From positions 320,001-384,000 of the forward strand of contig CAWDML010000007.1 of assembly GCA_963803435.1 (NCBI GenBank): 64,000 bases of DNA, written 5' to 3'. The notes under the pieces were generated by a model that saw only the letters and a program-made list of their open reading frames with translations, was not told the DNA's origin and did no database searches. The DNA is from an uncultured delta proteobacterium (GTDB lineage Bacteria > Myxococcota > Kuafuiibacteriia > Kuafuiibacteriales > Kuafuiibacteriaceae). Below, piece by piece: positions 62,474 to 64,000 of this stretch. The position numbers and the translations under genes are program-made. How positions within the stretch are numbered: the first letter of the stretch is position 1; every line of letters begins with the position of its first letter.

Positions 62474-63811
62474 GTGGAGAGCAACCATGAGATCGCGTTA
62501 TGGCGCCTCGGCATCCTGGGGCCGTTGATCAGCGCCCGTCTCGAGCACGGCGATCGCCGAGCGTACTTCGAGGAGGCGGCCCAGCGGATGTATCAACGCC
62601 CGGACGGCCGTTTCGTGCACGTCTCGGCTCGAACGATCGAGGCCTGGTACCTCGCGTACCGCCGCGGCGGTTTCGAAGCGCTCGTGCCCCGCACTCGCAA
62701 CGACCGCGGGCAGAGCCGCGCGATCGACACCGACGTCGCCGAGCTCCTCCTCCGCGCCAAGCAAGAGCGACCCCGCCGCTCCATCCGCCGGCTGATCCGC
62801 ATGCTCGAGCGCGCCGGCCGCGTGCGCATCGATACGCTCGCGAAGTCCAGCGTGCACCGGCTCCTCGCCGCTCACGGGCTCTCCCGCCGACCGGTGCGAG
62901 GCCCGTCGGCGGAGCGGCGGTCCTTCCTCGTCGAGTACGCCGGCGATCTCTGGATGGGAGACGCCATGCACGGCCCGCTCGTGCTCGTACCCAGCGGGAA
63001 GCTCAGGAAGAGCTACCTCCTCTCCCAGATCGACGCCGCCACCCGATACCTCGTCCACAGCTACTTCGCGCTCGCCGAGGACGCCGTCGCGCACGAGTAC
63101 GGTTTCAAGCAGGCGCTTCTGAGCGGCGGACGGCCGCGCACCTACTACGTCGATCGCGGTGCAGCCTACATGGCGGGCTCGCTCGCCGCGATTTGCGCCG
63201 AGCTCGGCATCCATCTCGCCCACACCGCGCCCAAGGACTGTGAGGCAAAGGGTGCGATCGAACGGTGGCACCGCACGTGGCGCGAGGAGGTTGGCGATGA
63301 GCTCGGCGAGCGCCTCCTCACCCTCGACGAGCTCAACAGCCTGCACTGGGCCTGGCTCGGGGCCGAGTACCACGCGCGCCGGCACGACACGACGGCCCGC
63401 GAGCCGCGAGCCCACTGGCTCGAGCAAGCACGGCACCTGCGCGCGCTCCCCAAGGACAAGAAGATCGACGAGGTCTTCCTGCACCGCGCAAAGCGCACCG
63501 TCCGAAAGGACGGCACGGTCCGCTTCGGTGGGCGCTTCCTCGAGGTCCGCGCCGAGCTCACCGGTCGTGTCGTCGAGCTACGCTTCGACCCGACCAATCA
63601 AGACGCCCGCCCGCGCGTCTTCGTCGAGGATCGCTTCGTCTGCGACGCCGTGCCCCTCGACCGCATTCGAAACGCCACCCGCAGGCGCCGCCGGGATCTC
63701 GGCATGCCCGATCCCACCGCCGAGCCCAGCGGACTCGACCCGCTCCAGCTCATCGAGCGCGACCACTACGAGCGCACCCGCGTGCGCCATGACGACGAAA
63801 CGGAGGACTGA
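62474..63811 (+). CDS. DDE-type (Mu/rve-like) transposase with Mu-like C-terminal domain
   Basis: LWMGDAMHGP, IDAATR, YYVDRGAAY, KGAIERWHRT, RTVRKDGTVRF, LRFDP. Confidence 0.92.
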   Translation: MESNHEIALWRLGILGPLISARLEHGDRRAYFEEAAQRMYQRPDGRFVHVSARTIEAWYLAYRRGGFEALVPRTRNDRGQSRAIDTDVAELLLRAKQERPRRSIRRLIRMLERAGRVRIDTLAKSSVHRLLAAHGLSRRPVRGPSAERRSFLVEYAGDLWMGDAMHGPLVLVPSGKLRKSYLLSQIDAATRYLVHSYFALAEDAVAHEYGFKQALLSGGRPRTYYVDRGAAYMAGSLAAICAELGIHLAHTAPKDCEAKGAIERWHRTWREEVGDELGERLLTLDELNSLHWAWLGAEYHARRHDTTAREPRAHWLEQARHLRALPKDKKIDEVFLHRAKRTVRKDGTVRFGGRFLEVRAELTGRVVELRFDPTNQDARPRVFVEDRFVCDAVPLDRIRNATRRRRRDLGMPDPTAEPSGLDPLQLIERDHYERTRVRHDDETED

Positions 63812-63814
63812 TTC

Positions 63815-64000
63815 ATGTACCGCAAACGCTTCGGCCTCACCGGCCACCCCATGCCCAAGGACGCACAGGGCAAGACCTTCATCGAGAGCGGAGACGGCTA
63901 CGCCCGCCTCGGGCGCGCCTTTCGCCGGCTCGCCGACGAGCCCGGTCTCGGACTCCTCACCGGCGAGGCGGGCCTCGGGAAGACCGCCGCGATGCGCAAC
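63815..64000 (+). CDS. ExeA/AAA_22-type ATPase (5' part)
   Basis: MYRKRFGLTGHP...GLLTGEAGLGKT Walker A; GGAGG RBS. Confidence 0.88.
   Translation, partial: MYRKRFGLTGHPMPKDAQGKTFIESGDGYARLGRAFRRLADEPGLGLLTGEAGLGKTAAMRN

Larger units (their letters stand above)
61660..64000 (+). mobile_element. Three-gene DDE transposon (accessory-transposase-ATPase), extends beyond the window
   Basis: Gene trio in operon order; left end not defined, a TGT near 61667 is a candidate. Confidence 0.7.

Overview
GC-rich (~70%) bacterial DNA with a Myxococcota/Deltaproteobacteria-type gene content: Ser/Thr kinases with PEGA domains, a giant TPR protein, a DUF1592-DUF1552 pair, Cys-rich lipoproteins and GAFTDA-type sigma54 activators. 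Bases 1-4.6 kb hold a sigma54 regulatory cluster. It has two divergent paralogous NtrC-type activators, two stand-alone receivers, a CBS protein and an unannotated 24-aa membrane peptide. Several -24/-12 promoters there sit only 12-13 nt before the ATG. Bases 4.6-43 kb are mostly core or lineage-typical genes (TolC, kinases, acyl-CoA dehydrogenase, tmk). They include a decayed IS1182 element that carries a four-helix-bundle remnant and inverted (CCCGGT)n repeats. Bases 44-57 kb form an accessory, decaying region bracketed by a ~270-bp direct repeat. It holds an IS66-like element with a nested intact-ended IS21, a ParB-like gene, a DUF6765 gene, a mosaic of gene fragments, and an IS110 remnant whose upstream non-coding region looks like a structured bridge-type RNA. 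The right end has tRNA-Gly(CCC), a tyrosine-integrase remnant with arm-like repeats, and a Zn-finger/DDE/ExeA-ATPase transposon running off the window. Several single-base frameshifts in otherwise intact genes suggest long-read indel errors. No CRISPR array or rRNA was seen. All assignments come from reading motifs by eye; no database search was run.
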